A DNA stretch of 64,000 bases from Candidatus Poribacteria bacterium (GTDB lineage Bacteria > Poribacteria > WGA-4E > WGA-3G), in contig OZ243938.1 of the NCBI GenBank assembly GCA_965214095.1, positions 4,192,001-4,256,000 on the forward strand. Direction: 5' to 3'. Positions within the stretch are counted from its first letter, which is position 1. The number at the start of each line of letters is the position of its first letter. Under the pieces are notes generated by a model. The model was not told the origin of the DNA. It did no database searches and saw only the letters and a list, made by a program, of their open reading frames with translations. The position numbers were made by a program, and so were the translations under genes. Shown here piece by piece: positions 39,709-50,184 of the stretch.

Positions 39709-40060
39709 TTGAATCTCCTCTTGATATTCTATCTACATGTTCTTGAACTATATGTTTAGGACAGGATTTAATAAATAGCCAGGCCCCCGGTACAAGTATC
39801 ACGAATGCTCCAATGCAAATATCATCAAATCGACCAATTATAGGGATGAAATCGAAATCAAACGGAAAGACTAAATAGGCTATTGCAAAGATAACAGCAA
39901 GCACCTCAAAGACGACGAGTATGGCTTTACGATAGACAGGCACACGTTCATCTTTGAAAAGACGCATCGTCAACCGGATGAAGTTTGGTAGATTGAGTAA
40001 GATACGAAGAAAGCGGAAGATTCCTCGTCCTTTACCACCAAAGAAAAATGGATTTATCAT
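39695..40060 (-). CDS. DUF1232/YkvA-family membrane protein (3' end extended into the IS)
   Basis: RLFKDERVP, YLVFPFDFDFIPIIGRFDD motifs. Confidence 0.8.
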   Translation of the reverse strand: MINPFFFGGKGRGIFRFLRILLNLPNFIRLTMRLFKDERVPVYRKAILVVFEVLAVIFAIAYLVFPFDFDFIPIIGRFDDICIGAFVILVPGAWLFIKSCPKHIVQEHVDRISRGDSTTQA

Positions 40061-40125
40061 ATATTTATTTTATCAAAAATAGTATGTGTAGTGCAAATTA
40101 TTTTCCTCTATACGTCAATTAGAAT

Positions 40126-40154
40126 TTGACACCAACACATATAATTAGTATACT
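40126..40154 (+). promoter_or_regulatory. Sigma70-type promoter
   Basis: TTGACA-N17-TATACT upstream of the ATG at 40191. Confidence 0.7.
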
Positions 40155-40190
40155 ACCTCAAGATTTATTTCAATATACTAAGGAGACATT

Positions 40191-40979
40191 ATGGCAACAA
40201 AACTCACAGGACAACCTGCAGCACAACTTTATACGGTCAGGGAATTTACTAAAACTGAATCTGATATTGCAGAGACTATGAATAAGGTGAAAACACTCGG
40301 TTACGATGCAGTTCAATGTTCAGCATTGGGACCGATTGAACCTGCGGCACTCAAGAAAATAGTTGATGATGAAGGTCTCACGATTTGTGCGACTCACACC
40401 AGTTATAACCGGATGCGTGATGAACCACAAGCAGTTATTGATGATCACCAATTGTGGGGATGCAAACATGCAGCAATCGGAGGACTTCCCGGTGAATACC
40501 GAAGCACAGAAGGATATTCTAAGTTTGCTAAAGAAGCATCTGAAGTTGCAGCGCGCCTTGCAGAAGGGGGAATTACCTTTTCCTACCACAATCACAGTTT
40601 TGAGTTGGAACGTTATGATGATGGACGCACTGGTTTACAAATCTTGTATGAGGATAGTAATCCAGAATACTTCAATAGCGAAATTGATACATATTGGATA
40701 CAACATGGTGGTGGGGACCCTGCGGATTGGATTCGTAAGTTAAAGGGACGTGCCCATATTGTGCATCTTAAGGATATGGCTGTGGTTGGGAATTCACAAC
40801 GTTATGCTGAAGTTGGTGAGGGAAATCTGAATTGGATTGCAATTCTGAACGCATGTATATACGCTGAAGTTGAATGGTATATCATTGAACAAGATTCTTG
40901 TTATGAACGCGATCCGTTTGAGAGCTTAGGTATTAGTCTTAAGAATCTGCAATCAATGATACCTTCAGAGTTTAAATAG
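40191..40979 (+). CDS. Sugar phosphate isomerase/epimerase (xylose-isomerase-like TIM barrel)
   Basis: QLYTVR, YHNHSFE, EIDTYW, HLKD and IIEQD motifs. Confidence 0.9.
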   Translation: MATKLTGQPAAQLYTVREFTKTESDIAETMNKVKTLGYDAVQCSALGPIEPAALKKIVDDEGLTICATHTSYNRMRDEPQAVIDDHQLWGCKHAAIGGLPGEYRSTEGYSKFAKEASEVAARLAEGGITFSYHNHSFELERYDDGRTGLQILYEDSNPEYFNSEIDTYWIQHGGGDPADWIRKLKGRAHIVHLKDMAVVGNSQRYAEVGEGNLNWIAILNACIYAEVEWYIIEQDSCYERDPFESLGISLKNLQSMIPSEFK

Positions 40980-41071
40980 ATCACACAAATGCTTTGGCAG
41001 GATATTGTGTTTTTCAGTGTTCTGCCATATTTCTTAGATAGATGAATTGAGCGTCAACAATCTATTTTTAC

Positions 41072-41100
41072 TTGACTTTTCAACGCAATTATGATAAAAT
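41072..41100 (+). promoter_or_regulatory. tRNA/hom operon promoter
   Basis: TTGACT-N17-TAAAAT with an extended TG. Confidence 0.7.
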
Positions 41101-41123
41101 AATTGGGTGACATTCTTAATTTT

Positions 41124-41197
41124 CGGGGCGTGGCGCAGCCCGGAAGCGCGCTTGAATGGGGTTCAAGAGGTCGCTGGTTCGAATCCAGTCGCCCCGA
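41124..41197 (+). tRNA. tRNA-Pro (GGG), CCA not encoded
   Basis: Acceptor stem CGGGGCG/CGCCCCG, anticodon arm CTTGA-ATGGGGT-TCAAG and T-arm GGTTCGAATCC. Confidence 0.96.
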
Positions 41198-41248
41198 TTT
41201 TTTGTTGTATTATTGGGTAAATATGTTAACATAAAGGCAGTTATAGTC

Positions 41249-42571
41249 GTGGAAAAAACTTGTATCAATGTAGGCATTTTAGGATGGGGAACAGTCGGTA
41301 CCGGTGTATCAAAAATACTGGTTAACCAGAATACCCTTATATCTAAGAATAATAATATACAATTAAACCTAAAGAAAGTAGTAAAACGGACACTTCCTGC
41401 CATACGTGAAGGGATAGATCTTCCGTCTGACTGTCTAACCACTGACCCAAACGAAGTCGTTGATAACCCGGAAATTGATATTGTCGTTGAACTTATCGGT
41501 GGTGTTTCAGATGCATATTCACTCATGAAACGTGCAATCCAGAACGGAAAACATATTGTGACTGCAAACAAGGCACTGTTAGCTGAGCAAGGCAGTGACC
41601 TATTCCAATTAGCACAGAAACATCGGGTGAGTCTTAATTTTGAAGCGAGTACCGCAGGTGGTATTCCGATTATAAAAACGCTTCAAGAGAGTTTCACTGC
41701 CAATCAGATACAATCGCTCTGTGGGATCGTCAACGGGACTTGTAACTACATTCTAACAGAAATGAGTGAAGTAGGCGTTGAATATATGGATGTCTTATCG
41801 GCAGCACAAGAAAAAGGTTATGCAGAAGCGGATCCGACGATGGATGTTGAAGGAATTGATGCAGCTCAAAAGTTGTCGTTGCTTATTGCGCTTGCTTATG
41901 GTGTGAATATTTCAGTTGAACAATTTTATGTTGAAGGAATTACAGACATTTCACAGAAAGAGATTCAATATGCCCGCGAACTGGGGTATGCAATAAAACT
42001 ACTTGCAATTGCTAAGTTAACTGATGACAATCGTGTTGAAGCAAGGGTGCATCCCACGCTATTGCCAGAACGGAGTTTATTGGCGAATGTTGGTGGTCCC
42101 TTTAATGCAGTCTGTGTAATAGGTTCAGCGGTTGGTCCGACGCTTTTTTATGGACAAGGTGCGGGTGAAATGCCCACAGCCAGTGCAGTTGTTGCAGATA
42201 TTATTGATGCTGCAAAAGCAATTCAATCAGGTGTAAATGCTCCGATCTCACAAGCTTGGCTTGAGAAATCGCACACTGAAATCAGTGTTTGCTCTATTGA
42301 AGATATTGAAACGCGCTACTACTTACGTTTTGTGGTAATTGATCGGCCGGGGGTTTTAGCAAGCATCTGTAGCATCTTAGGGAACTGTAATATTAGTATC
42401 GCCTCAGTAATTCAAAAGGAACCGCACTGTACCGAAACTGTTTCACTTATGATGTTGACGCATAAAGCCAGAGAAGAGGACATGCAAACTGCACTTAAAC
42501 AGATTTATACACTTGAAGTTGTTAAAGGTGATGCAAAACTGATTAGAATTGAAGAAGAAGTAGCATTTTAA
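41249..42571 (+). CDS. hom: Homoserine dehydrogenase with ACT domain
   Basis: GWGTVGTG, VTANKA, FEASTAGGIP, NGTCNYIL and GYAEADP motifs; C-terminal DRPGVLA. GTG start chosen because the longer ORF overlaps the tRNA. Confidence 0.96.
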   Translation: MEKTCINVGILGWGTVGTGVSKILVNQNTLISKNNNIQLNLKKVVKRTLPAIREGIDLPSDCLTTDPNEVVDNPEIDIVVELIGGVSDAYSLMKRAIQNGKHIVTANKALLAEQGSDLFQLAQKHRVSLNFEASTAGGIPIIKTLQESFTANQIQSLCGIVNGTCNYILTEMSEVGVEYMDVLSAAQEKGYAEADPTMDVEGIDAAQKLSLLIALAYGVNISVEQFYVEGITDISQKEIQYARELGYAIKLLAIAKLTDDNRVEARVHPTLLPERSLLANVGGPFNAVCVIGSAVGPTLFYGQGAGEMPTASAVVADIIDAAKAIQSGVNAPISQAWLEKSHTEISVCSIEDIETRYYLRFVVIDRPGVLASICSILGNCNISIASVIQKEPHCTETVSLMMLTHKAREEDMQTALKQIYTLEVVKGDAKLIRIEEEVAF

Positions 42572-42587
42572 ATGCAATAGTCAAACA

Positions 42588-43163
42588 ATGAAACACGCGT
42601 TGGTTTTTGACGTAAGAAACATACATGATGGGGTTTTTAATTCACATGATGTGGATATCCCTGTTTCACATTTTGATTTTGAATTAGAAGAGGTGCAATT
42701 TACCAGTTCTGTCCGCGGCAATGTTGTGTTGTTGCGTCATGGAGAGGCTGATGTTTATGTGAAGTCTGAGGTAATTACTGATATTGAGATGCAATGTGGT
42801 AAATGCCTTGAGACGTTCATAACCGATATTGAAGCAACTTTTGAAGTTCAGTTCACACCGAGTGACAAGTCTGATCAGATTGAATCTGAGTATATTGAAG
42901 AGGGAGAACGTTACTATGATGGTGAATCACTGGACATTTCTGAAGATACACGAAGGGCATTAATCTTACAAATTCCTATCTGGGCACTCTGTTCAGAAAT
43001 GTGTGAAGGTTTATGTTTTCAGTGTGGTGTAAATCTTAATGAGGAGAAATGCACCTGTGAAGAATCAGGTGTGTTTGAAACTGATTCTTCTGAAGTGACT
43101 TCACCTTTTGCAGAACTATCACAATTGTTAGAAGCAGGAAAATTGGAAAGCAAATCTAAGTAA
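42588..43163 (+). CDS. YceD/DUF177 family protein
   Basis: CGKCL and [18 protein letters not shown] motifs; immediately upstream of rpmF. Confidence 0.9.
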   Translation: MKHALVFDVRNIHDGVFNSHDVDIPVSHFDFELEEVQFTSSVRGNVVLLRHGEADVYVKSEVITDIEMQCGKCLETFITDIEATFEVQFTPSDKSDQIESEYIEEGERYYDGESLDISEDTRRALILQIPIWALCSEMCEGLCFQCGVNLNEEKCTCEESGVFETDSSEVTSPFAELSQLLEAGKLESKSK

Positions 43164-43191
43164 AAGAAACATAAGGAGAATTACCCGAATA

Positions 43192-43383
43192 ATGGCACAT
43201 CCGAAACGTAAAACATCAAAATCCAAGAAAAGAATGAGACGGAGTCATCATGCACTCTCAAGTCAGGTGATAACAGACTGTTCATACTGCGGAGAAATGA
43301 TGGTTTCACACAGAGTCTGTACCCATTGTGGACACTACAAAGGACGGTCAGTGTTTAAATCAACAGAAGAACAGGATAGTTAA
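43192..43383 (+). CDS. rpmF: 50S ribosomal protein L32
   Basis: [19 protein letters not shown] and a CxxC...HRVCxxCG zinc ribbon. Confidence 0.97.
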   Translation: MAHPKRKTSKSKKRMRRSHHALSSQVITDCSYCGEMMVSHRVCTHCGHYKGRSVFKSTEEQDS

Positions 43384-43470
43384 GATTAATTTGTCTCAAC
43401 TCATGCCGTGTTACACAGATACTATTTTTTATGTATTGTCGTATTAATCAGCTGAAAAGGATTCTTTACA

Positions 43471-44460
43471 ATGAATCGATATGCAACAATCACAGGGACG
43501 GGTTCTTATCTGCCTGAAACCGTATTATCAAATTCTGATCTTGAAAAAATGGTGGATACCAGTGATGAATGGATTCGCCAACGTACTGGAATTGTTGAAC
43601 GAAGAATTGCAGAAGATGACATCGCTACTTCAGACTTAAGTGTGTGTGCTGCTCGCTTAGCAATCAAGAGAGCACAAGTAGATCCTCTTGACATACAGAT
43701 GATCCTTGTTGCTACAGTGACACCTGATACTTTTTTCCCTTCAACTGCTTGTTATGTTCAAAAAGGGATAGGTGCGAAAAATGCCTCCGCAATGGATATA
43801 TCCGCTGCGTGTGCAGGTTTCTTGTATGGACTTGATTTAGCAAATGGATTGATTGTTTCTGGACAGTATGATACCATTCTCGTTGTTGGCGCAGAAGTCT
43901 TTAATAACATAGTTGATTGGAATGATCGCAATACTTGTGTTTTATTTGGTGATGGTGCGGGGGCTGCTGTAGTTCAAAGTACAGATGAAGAAAAAGGTAT
44001 TATCGCTTCCTATATTGGATCTGATGGTGACTATGCAGACATCGACCTACTTGGCATTCCAGCTGGCGGGTCAAGAATGCCCGTAACAACAGATGCAATA
44101 GATAACAATCTCAATAAAATAAAGATGAATGGGAGAGAAGTCTTTAAATTGGGTGTAAGGTTGATGCCAGAAGCCGCTGAGAGGGTACTAAAGAAAGCCA
44201 ATGTAAGTGTGGATGAAGTGGACATGTTAATTCCTCATCAAGCGAACTTACGTATCATTGAAGCAGTTGGTCATAGGCTTGGTGTGCCGCGCGAAAAGGT
44301 ATATGTCAACGTTGATAAATACGGTAATACCTCTGCGGCAACCGTTATCATCGCATTGGATGAAGCAATTCGGGAAGGTAGCGTTAAACCTGACGATTTA
44401 ATACTTCTGGTTACTTTCGGGGCAGGTTTGACATGGGGAAGCACGCTCCTTCGTTTGTAA
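43471..44460 (+). CDS. fabH: Beta-ketoacyl-ACP synthase III
   Basis: AACAGF, PHQAN, GNTSAA and FGAGLTWG motifs. Confidence 0.97.
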   Translation: MNRYATITGTGSYLPETVLSNSDLEKMVDTSDEWIRQRTGIVERRIAEDDIATSDLSVCAARLAIKRAQVDPLDIQMILVATVTPDTFFPSTACYVQKGIGAKNASAMDISAACAGFLYGLDLANGLIVSGQYDTILVVGAEVFNNIVDWNDRNTCVLFGDGAGAAVVQSTDEEKGIIASYIGSDGDYADIDLLGIPAGGSRMPVTTDAIDNNLNKIKMNGREVFKLGVRLMPEAAERVLKKANVSVDEVDMLIPHQANLRIIEAVGHRLGVPREKVYVNVDKYGNTSAATVIIALDEAIREGSVKPDDLILLVTFGAGLTWGSTLLRL

Positions 44461-44533
44461 TGGTTGACGGATAGAATGAAATATCCTCTAAAAATAATCA
44501 CCCACTATTTTATAGTATAATTTAGCACAGATA

Positions 44534-45472
44534 ATGACACATCTTGCATTTATTTTTCCAGGACAAGGTTCACAAAAAGTTGGGATGGGTGCTGAATTAT
44601 CAAAGACCTATCCGGTTGCATCTAAAGTTTTTGATGAAGCAGATGAGTTTTTGGGTAGGTCAATAAGTGAACTCTGTTTTGAAGGACCGGAATCAGAATT
44701 AAAACAGACTGAAAACACGCAACTCGCGATTTTAACTTGTAGTGTAGCAACATTAAGAGTATTGACTGGAGAAGGAATTTGCCCAAGAGTTGTTGCAGGA
44801 CATAGTTTAGGAGAGTATTCCGCACTTGTAGCCGCGGGTGTTCTTGACTTTACGGATGCATTAAGATTAGTCAAGGCACGTGCACAATTCATGGCAGAAG
44901 CTGGAGAACAAGAGAATGGCACAATGGCAGCTATACTTGGCATGCCGCCTGAACAACTCCAAGATATAATCAATCAGGTTGATGGCGTAGTAGAGATTGC
45001 CAACTACAACTGCCCTGGACAATTAGTAATTTCAGGTGAAACTGAGGCAGTTAACGAAGCAGTTGCACTTGCCTCAGAGGAAATTGGAGCAAGGAGATGT
45101 CGTCCATTACAAGTGAGCGGTGCGTTTCATTCGCCATTGATGGAATCTGCGCAAGAAAAATATAGGTCTGTGATTGAATCGGTGGCGTTTAAACCATTAC
45201 GAACTGATATTGTGATGAACGTAACAGGCGCGTATGTAACTGATATAGATGACATCAAAGGTTTGCTATTGCAGCAGATAATTGAGCCAGTGCAATGGGA
45301 AAAAACACTAAACTCGATTGAAGAACATGAAATCACAGATTTTATTGAAGTTGGTCCGGGAATAGTTCTATCAGGATTAGTAAAGCGAACCCTACCTGAT
45401 AGTTCAGTATTGAATGTTGAAGATGTTAAAACACTTTCGCGCATTACAGATGAATATGGAAATGGTGCATAA
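44534..45472 (+). CDS. fabD: Malonyl-CoA:ACP transacylase
   Basis: FPGQGSQ, GHSLGEY and SGAFHS motifs. Confidence 0.97.
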   Translation: MTHLAFIFPGQGSQKVGMGAELSKTYPVASKVFDEADEFLGRSISELCFEGPESELKQTENTQLAILTCSVATLRVLTGEGICPRVVAGHSLGEYSALVAAGVLDFTDALRLVKARAQFMAEAGEQENGTMAAILGMPPEQLQDIINQVDGVVEIANYNCPGQLVISGETEAVNEAVALASEEIGARRCRPLQVSGAFHSPLMESAQEKYRSVIESVAFKPLRTDIVMNVTGAYVTDIDDIKGLLLQQIIEPVQWEKTLNSIEEHEITDFIEVGPGIVLSGLVKRTLPDSSVLNVEDVKTLSRITDEYGNGA

Positions 45473-46249
45473 ATGGATCAAAAAACTGACCAATGTGTAT
45501 TTAACGCAGATATGCTTAGTGGGAAAACCGCGATTGTAACTGGTGCATCTCGCGGTATTGGTGCTGCAATTGCACACAGATTATGTGAAGTAGGGGCAAA
45601 TGTCGTTATCTGTTCACGTTCAACAGAGAGTGTTTCTCAAACTGCAACGGCATTGGAAGGTGAGGGGTACACCGTACACGCAATTGCTGCAGACATATCA
45701 AAAAAGGAAGACGTTGATACACTTGTTGATGAGACGATCAACCAGTTTTCGCAAGTTGATATCCTTGTAAATAATGCAGGCATAACACGCGATATGTTAC
45801 TGATGCGGCTGAAAGATGAAGACTGGGATGCAGTGTTACAGACAAATCTCACTGGCACAATGTATTGTACACGTGCTGTACTTCGTCCGATGATACGCCA
45901 GAAAAATGGACGTATCATCAATATCTCGTCAGTCATCGGATTGATGGGAAATCCTGGACAAGCAAGTTATGCCGCAGCAAAAGCAGGTATTCTTGGACTT
46001 ACAAAGACTACAGCAAAAGAAGTAGGTACTCGCGGTATCACCGTAAACGCAATTGCTCCTGGATTTATTACAACAGACATGACAGCGAAAATACCTGAAG
46101 AATTTCAGAATAGGCTTTTAGAACTCATACCCTTACAAAACTTTGGCACACCGGAGGACGTTGCAGACACTGTTTGCTTTTTAGCTTCCGATGCAGCACG
46201 TTATATCACTGGACAAACCATTCAGGTTGACGGTGGTATGGTGATGTAA
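45473..46249 (+). CDS. fabG: 3-oxoacyl-ACP reductase
   Basis: TGASRGIG, NNAGITRD and YAAAK motifs; located in the fab operon. Confidence 0.96.
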   Translation: MDQKTDQCVFNADMLSGKTAIVTGASRGIGAAIAHRLCEVGANVVICSRSTESVSQTATALEGEGYTVHAIAADISKKEDVDTLVDETINQFSQVDILVNNAGITRDMLLMRLKDEDWDAVLQTNLTGTMYCTRAVLRPMIRQKNGRIINISSVIGLMGNPGQASYAAAKAGILGLTKTTAKEVGTRGITVNAIAPGFITTDMTAKIPEEFQNRLLELIPLQNFGTPEDVADTVCFLASDAARYITGQTIQVDGGMVM

Positions 46250-46285
46250 CGTTTATTTTAATTTAATAACTTCTGTGGAGATACG

Positions 46286-46307
46286 ATATATATATATATA
46301 TATATAT
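46286..46307. repeat. (AT)11 microsatellite
   Basis: Read directly, between fabG and acpP. Confidence 0.9.
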
Positions 46308-46346
46308 TGTGATATCCACTCTTAAAATAGGAGATGTAAAAACAAA

Positions 46347-46580
46347 ATGGCAACAAACGAAGAACGGCTTATTGAAATTATTTCTAACCAACTCGGTGTT
46401 GGATCAGATAACGTTACACCAGATGCGTCTTTTATGGAAGACTTGGGTGCTGACTCACTTGATACCGTTGAATTAGTTATGGCACTTGAAGAAGAATTTG
46501 ACCTTGAAATTCCGGACAGTGATGCTGAAAAGATACAAACTGTTCAGGATGCGCTTGATTACTTAGATGAGCATGTATAA
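46347..46580 (+). CDS. acpP: Acyl carrier protein
   Basis: [20 protein letters not shown] motif. Confidence 0.98.
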   Translation: MATNEERLIEIISNQLGVGSDNVTPDASFMEDLGADSLDTVELVMALEEEFDLEIPDSDAEKIQTVQDALDYLDEHV

Positions 46581-46663
46581 TTTAGCATTAGCGTATTAAA
46601 TGTTGAGGGTAAGTAATGTCTAATTACTGCCCTCCTAACCTACTTTCAAAAAGGATCGATCTC

Positions 46664-47902
46664 GTGGAGCGAGTAGTAATAACAGGAATTGGTGTTGTCA
46701 ATGCGATTGGCAATACGAAAGAAGAATATTGGGATGCGCTTGCTAACGGTAAAAACGGTATCGGGCCTTTAACCGGTTTTGATGCAAGCGAATATCGTAC
46801 TCAGGTCGCCGCACAAGTCAAGGATTTTCAGGCGGAAAAGTATCTGGATAAGAAATCCGCATCGCGTTTTCCGCTCTTCATCCAATATGCCCTCGCTGCT
46901 TCCATGATGGCACATGATGACTCTGGTTTGGATATGACCAAAGTTGATCCTTATCGTGCGGGGGTGCAAATCGGGTCTGGTGTCGGTGGGATAGGTGTAC
47001 TTGAGGAGAACGCTAAAATCCTAATTGAAAAAGGACCTAAACGCGTTAGTCCGTTTCTTGTGCCGTTTATGATAATTAATATGGCATCAGGACAAGTTTC
47101 TATCCATTTCGACCTCAGAGGTCCGAATTCTGCATCTGTTACCGCTTGTGCAACCTCTAACCATTCCATCGGTGAATCCTTGCGGTTGATACAACATGGA
47201 TATGCAGATGTTATGTTTACCGGTGGGGCAGAATCCGCGATTACACCTTTAGCTTTTGCTGGTTTCTGTTCAATGCGCGCAATGTCTGAACGGAACGATG
47301 ATCCTGCTACAGCATCCCGTCCATTTGACAAAGAGCGGGACGGATTTGTGATGGGTGAAGGTGCTGGTGTGTTAATCCTTGAATCACTATCACACGCTAA
47401 GGAACGTGGAGCACACATCTATGCTGAAATTGTAGGTTTCGGTATGACTTCGGATGCTCATGATATGGTTAGTCCGCCAACAAATGGTGAAGGTGCTGCC
47501 AAAGCGATGGAATTTGCATTAAGTGATGCCAAACTTACAACAGAAACTGTTGATTATATCAATGTACATGGCACATCCACACCACAAGGTGATATAGCAG
47601 AGACAAACGCTATAAAATCGCTCTTCCGAGAGAGGGCATACGAAGTTCCAATTAGTTCTACAAAATCTATGGTGGGACATCTCCTCGGTGCTGCAGGTGC
47701 AGTTGAACTTATTGGATGTATAGGAGCAATGCAAAAAAGTTTTATTCCTCCTACGATCAATTACCAAGTACCAGATGAGGACTGTGATTTAGATTGTGTT
47801 CCGAACGAGAGTCGTGATGCAAGGGTTGAGGTAGCGATCTCCAATGCATTCGGTTTCGGTGGACATAACACATGTTTAGTTGTCCGTAATTTTTCCGATT
47901 AG
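46664..47902 (+). CDS. fabF: Beta-ketoacyl-ACP synthase II
   Basis: [27 protein letters not shown] and FGFGGHN motifs. GTG start after AAGGA. Confidence 0.97.
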   Translation: MERVVITGIGVVNAIGNTKEEYWDALANGKNGIGPLTGFDASEYRTQVAAQVKDFQAEKYLDKKSASRFPLFIQYALAASMMAHDDSGLDMTKVDPYRAGVQIGSGVGGIGVLEENAKILIEKGPKRVSPFLVPFMIINMASGQVSIHFDLRGPNSASVTACATSNHSIGESLRLIQHGYADVMFTGGAESAITPLAFAGFCSMRAMSERNDDPATASRPFDKERDGFVMGEGAGVLILESLSHAKERGAHIYAEIVGFGMTSDAHDMVSPPTNGEGAAKAMEFALSDAKLTTETVDYINVHGTSTPQGDIAETNAIKSLFRERAYEVPISSTKSMVGHLLGAAGAVELIGCIGAMQKSFIPPTINYQVPDEDCDLDCVPNESRDARVEVAISNAFGFGGHNTCLVVRNFSD

Positions 47903-47942
47903 TTGATAGATTTTCATAACCCTCCACCACATCTTAATTCCT

Positions 47943-48452
47943 GTGCATACAACATATATCGGCTTCGGTAGCAACATTGATGATAGACTTTCCTTTATCA
48001 GAAATGCGCTTCGTCTCTTATCTCAGGTAGATGGCATTATCGTAAAAGAGATCTCTTCTCTATATGAAACAGATCCTGTTGGTTACGAAGAACAGGAGAA
48101 GTTTCTAAATGGTGTTGTTGCAGTAGAAACGCACCTTTCCCCACACACATTGCTAAAGACTCTAAAAGATATTGAAACGAATGTTGGTAGACAACACCGG
48201 GCGCGTTGGAGACCAAGGGAGATAGATATGGATGTGTTGATCTATGGAGAGATGTGTCTCCATACACCTGAACTTATTATTCCACATCCAGAGATGCATA
48301 ACCGCCGTTTTGTGCTTGTTCCATTAGTGGAGATTGCACCTGACCTTGTGCATCCTGTGCTAAACGAGACTATCCAATTTCTGCTTAATCGTCTTGAGGA
48401 TGATTATTCACTAGAAAAAATCAAAGAACATGATTTCATTTCAGATTTATAG
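47943..48452 (+). CDS. folK: 2-amino-4-hydroxy-6-hydroxymethyldihydropteridine diphosphokinase
   Basis: [22 protein letters not shown] and [15 protein letters not shown] motifs. Confidence 0.95.
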   Translation: MHTTYIGFGSNIDDRLSFIRNALRLLSQVDGIIVKEISSLYETDPVGYEEQEKFLNGVVAVETHLSPHTLLKTLKDIETNVGRQHRARWRPREIDMDVLIYGEMCLHTPELIIPHPEMHNRRFVLVPLVEIAPDLVHPVLNETIQFLLNRLEDDYSLEKIKEHDFISDL

Positions 48453-48510
48453 CATAGACTTCCATACAATTTTCTGATATAATTCTCTAAGCACTTAGAG
48501 GAGAATAGAT

Positions 48511-50106
48511 ATGCGCTGGTTTGAAACACGTGGCCCCATATATCCTGAGGATAACTATTTTGTTTCCCGTACGAAAGAGGTAGAGGATTTTGCAGCTCGT
48601 TTGGAAATGGGTCGGTATATTGTCCTTTTTGCCCCGCGTCAAACAGGGAAAACCACTTTATTCCGTAATGCCCTTGATAATCTTGAAGAAAAAGAGAATG
48701 GTTATATCCCAATACAACTAAATTTTGAAATGTATGTGGATATTTCCGAATCCTCCTTTTACAAATATTTTAACGATGATCTTCCTGCGAAAATAAAGAG
48801 TGTTCTTGAAAATAGAGGAAATGAATTATCTGAAGAATTAACTAATTTTTTGAATACATCTAAGTTTACCGATCATACAACAATGGGAAGATTCTTTGAA
48901 AAACTGGGACACTTGTTGAGTGATCAACGGTTAGTCATAATTATTGACGAATTTGATGCTATCCCACCTGATGCTCTAAGAGGATTTCTACACACCCTCC
49001 GTCAAATCTATCTCTCTGGAAAAGAGAGGTGTCCATACAGTGTTGGTATCGTTGGTGTCAAAAACATAACACAACTCAATTATGACCGTTCAATATCCCC
49101 TTTCAATATTCAAGATGAATTTAGATTGTCTAATTTCTTACTGGAACAAGTTCAGGAATTGTTATCACAATATACTGAAGAAATTGGACAACCTTTTGAA
49201 TCAGAGGTTATTTCTTCTATCCACAAACAGACCGCAGGTCAACCCGTTCTTGTCAACCGATTTGCTCAAATACTTACCGAAGAAATGGATATCCCGAAAA
49301 CTGAATCGATTACAATGGAACACTTTTCTGAAGCACACATAAAACTACTACGCGAAAGAAATACAAATATAGATCATCTGATAACAAATATCCGAAGAGA
49401 TAGAAGATTTGAAAAACTTCTTATGAAGATTGCTTCTTATGATGATGGTGTCGAATTTAACTTGGACAGTGACCTAATTAGTGAACTTGCGATTTATGGA
49501 GTTATTTCTGAAGGTGCTGATGGAAGTTGTGAAATTGTAAATCCCATTTATCAGTATCGCATTATTAGAGCCTTTAAACCGATCGTAAACGGACTTGAGC
49601 AGGATTATCTACCACAAGACAAACCGATAGATTTCGATGATTTTCTCACAGCGGATGGACATATTCAGATGGATGCTGTCATGGATAACTTTCGAGATTT
49701 TATTGCTCGTGCTGGTTACAAGATTTTGCAGGTTCCAGACACCCCACAAGAATATGTGGGACAACACCTTCTCTTTGCATATTTGAGTCAGTTTGTGCTT
49801 ATAATTGGTGGTATGATGTATCTTGAAGTGCCGACAGGACGTGGAAGAATGGACTTGCTGATACTACATAATAACCGAAAATACATTGTTGAAACGAAAA
49901 TATGGGGTGGAGTCAACCGATATCAATCTGGGAAATCACAACTTGCTGCCTATGTGAAATCTGAGAAGGCGGTGGCAGGATATTATGTTGTGTTTGATCA
50001 TCGGAATACTCCTGAACCAAAAGATGAAACAGAAAATATAGATGGATTGTCTATACGGAGTTATGTTATTCCTGTGATACAGGAAATACCAACATCTGTA
50101 ACGTAG
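48511..50106 (+). CDS. AAA-like (STAND-type) ATPase with C-terminal PD-(D/E)XK nuclease-like domain, copy 1
   Basis: Walker A APRQTGKTT, Walker B IIIDEFD, TAGQP and GRGRMDLL...IVETK. Confidence 0.82.
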   Translation: MRWFETRGPIYPEDNYFVSRTKEVEDFAARLEMGRYIVLFAPRQTGKTTLFRNALDNLEEKENGYIPIQLNFEMYVDISESSFYKYFNDDLPAKIKSVLENRGNELSEELTNFLNTSKFTDHTTMGRFFEKLGHLLSDQRLVIIIDEFDAIPPDALRGFLHTLRQIYLSGKERCPYSVGIVGVKNITQLNYDRSISPFNIQDEFRLSNFLLEQVQELLSQYTEEIGQPFESEVISSIHKQTAGQPVLVNRFAQILTEEMDIPKTESITMEHFSEAHIKLLRERNTNIDHLITNIRRDRRFEKLLMKIASYDDGVEFNLDSDLISELAIYGVISEGADGSCEIVNPIYQYRIIRAFKPIVNGLEQDYLPQDKPIDFDDFLTADGHIQMDAVMDNFRDFIARAGYKILQVPDTPQEYVGQHLLFAYLSQFVLIIGGMMYLEVPTGRGRMDLLILHNNRKYIVETKIWGGVNRYQSGKSQLAAYVKSEKAVAGYYVVFDHRNTPEPKDETENIDGLSIRSYVIPVIQEIPTSVT

Positions 50107-50184
50107 TGCTGAAGACAGGGATATGTTATAGATTTCCATACAATTATTAATTCTAATTCTCTAAGCATTTAGAGGAGAATAGAT

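Larger units (their letters stand above)
37779..39713 (+). mobile_element. IS200/IS605-family element (tnpA + tnpB)
   Basis: Left end TCAC|N14-GAAG-CCCAAGTC...GACTTGGG hairpin (interrupted); right end CAAT-CCCAATGCCTTTAGGCTTGGG-TAGTTGAA|. Removing the element restores a TGA stop to the flanking gene. Confidence 0.88.

Noticed and set aside
41124-41197. tRNA-Pro as a genomic-island attachment site
   Set aside because: No integrase and no duplicated tRNA 3' end were noticed, and the downstream genes are core.
41116-41571. 151-aa minus-strand ORF and the long N-terminus of hom
   Set aside because: Both overlap tRNA-Pro and the former is antisense to hom; they are shadow ORFs.
43471-47902. Type II PKS biosynthetic cluster
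   Set aside because: It is a canonical fab operon with housekeeping ACP and FabF and no chain-length factor.
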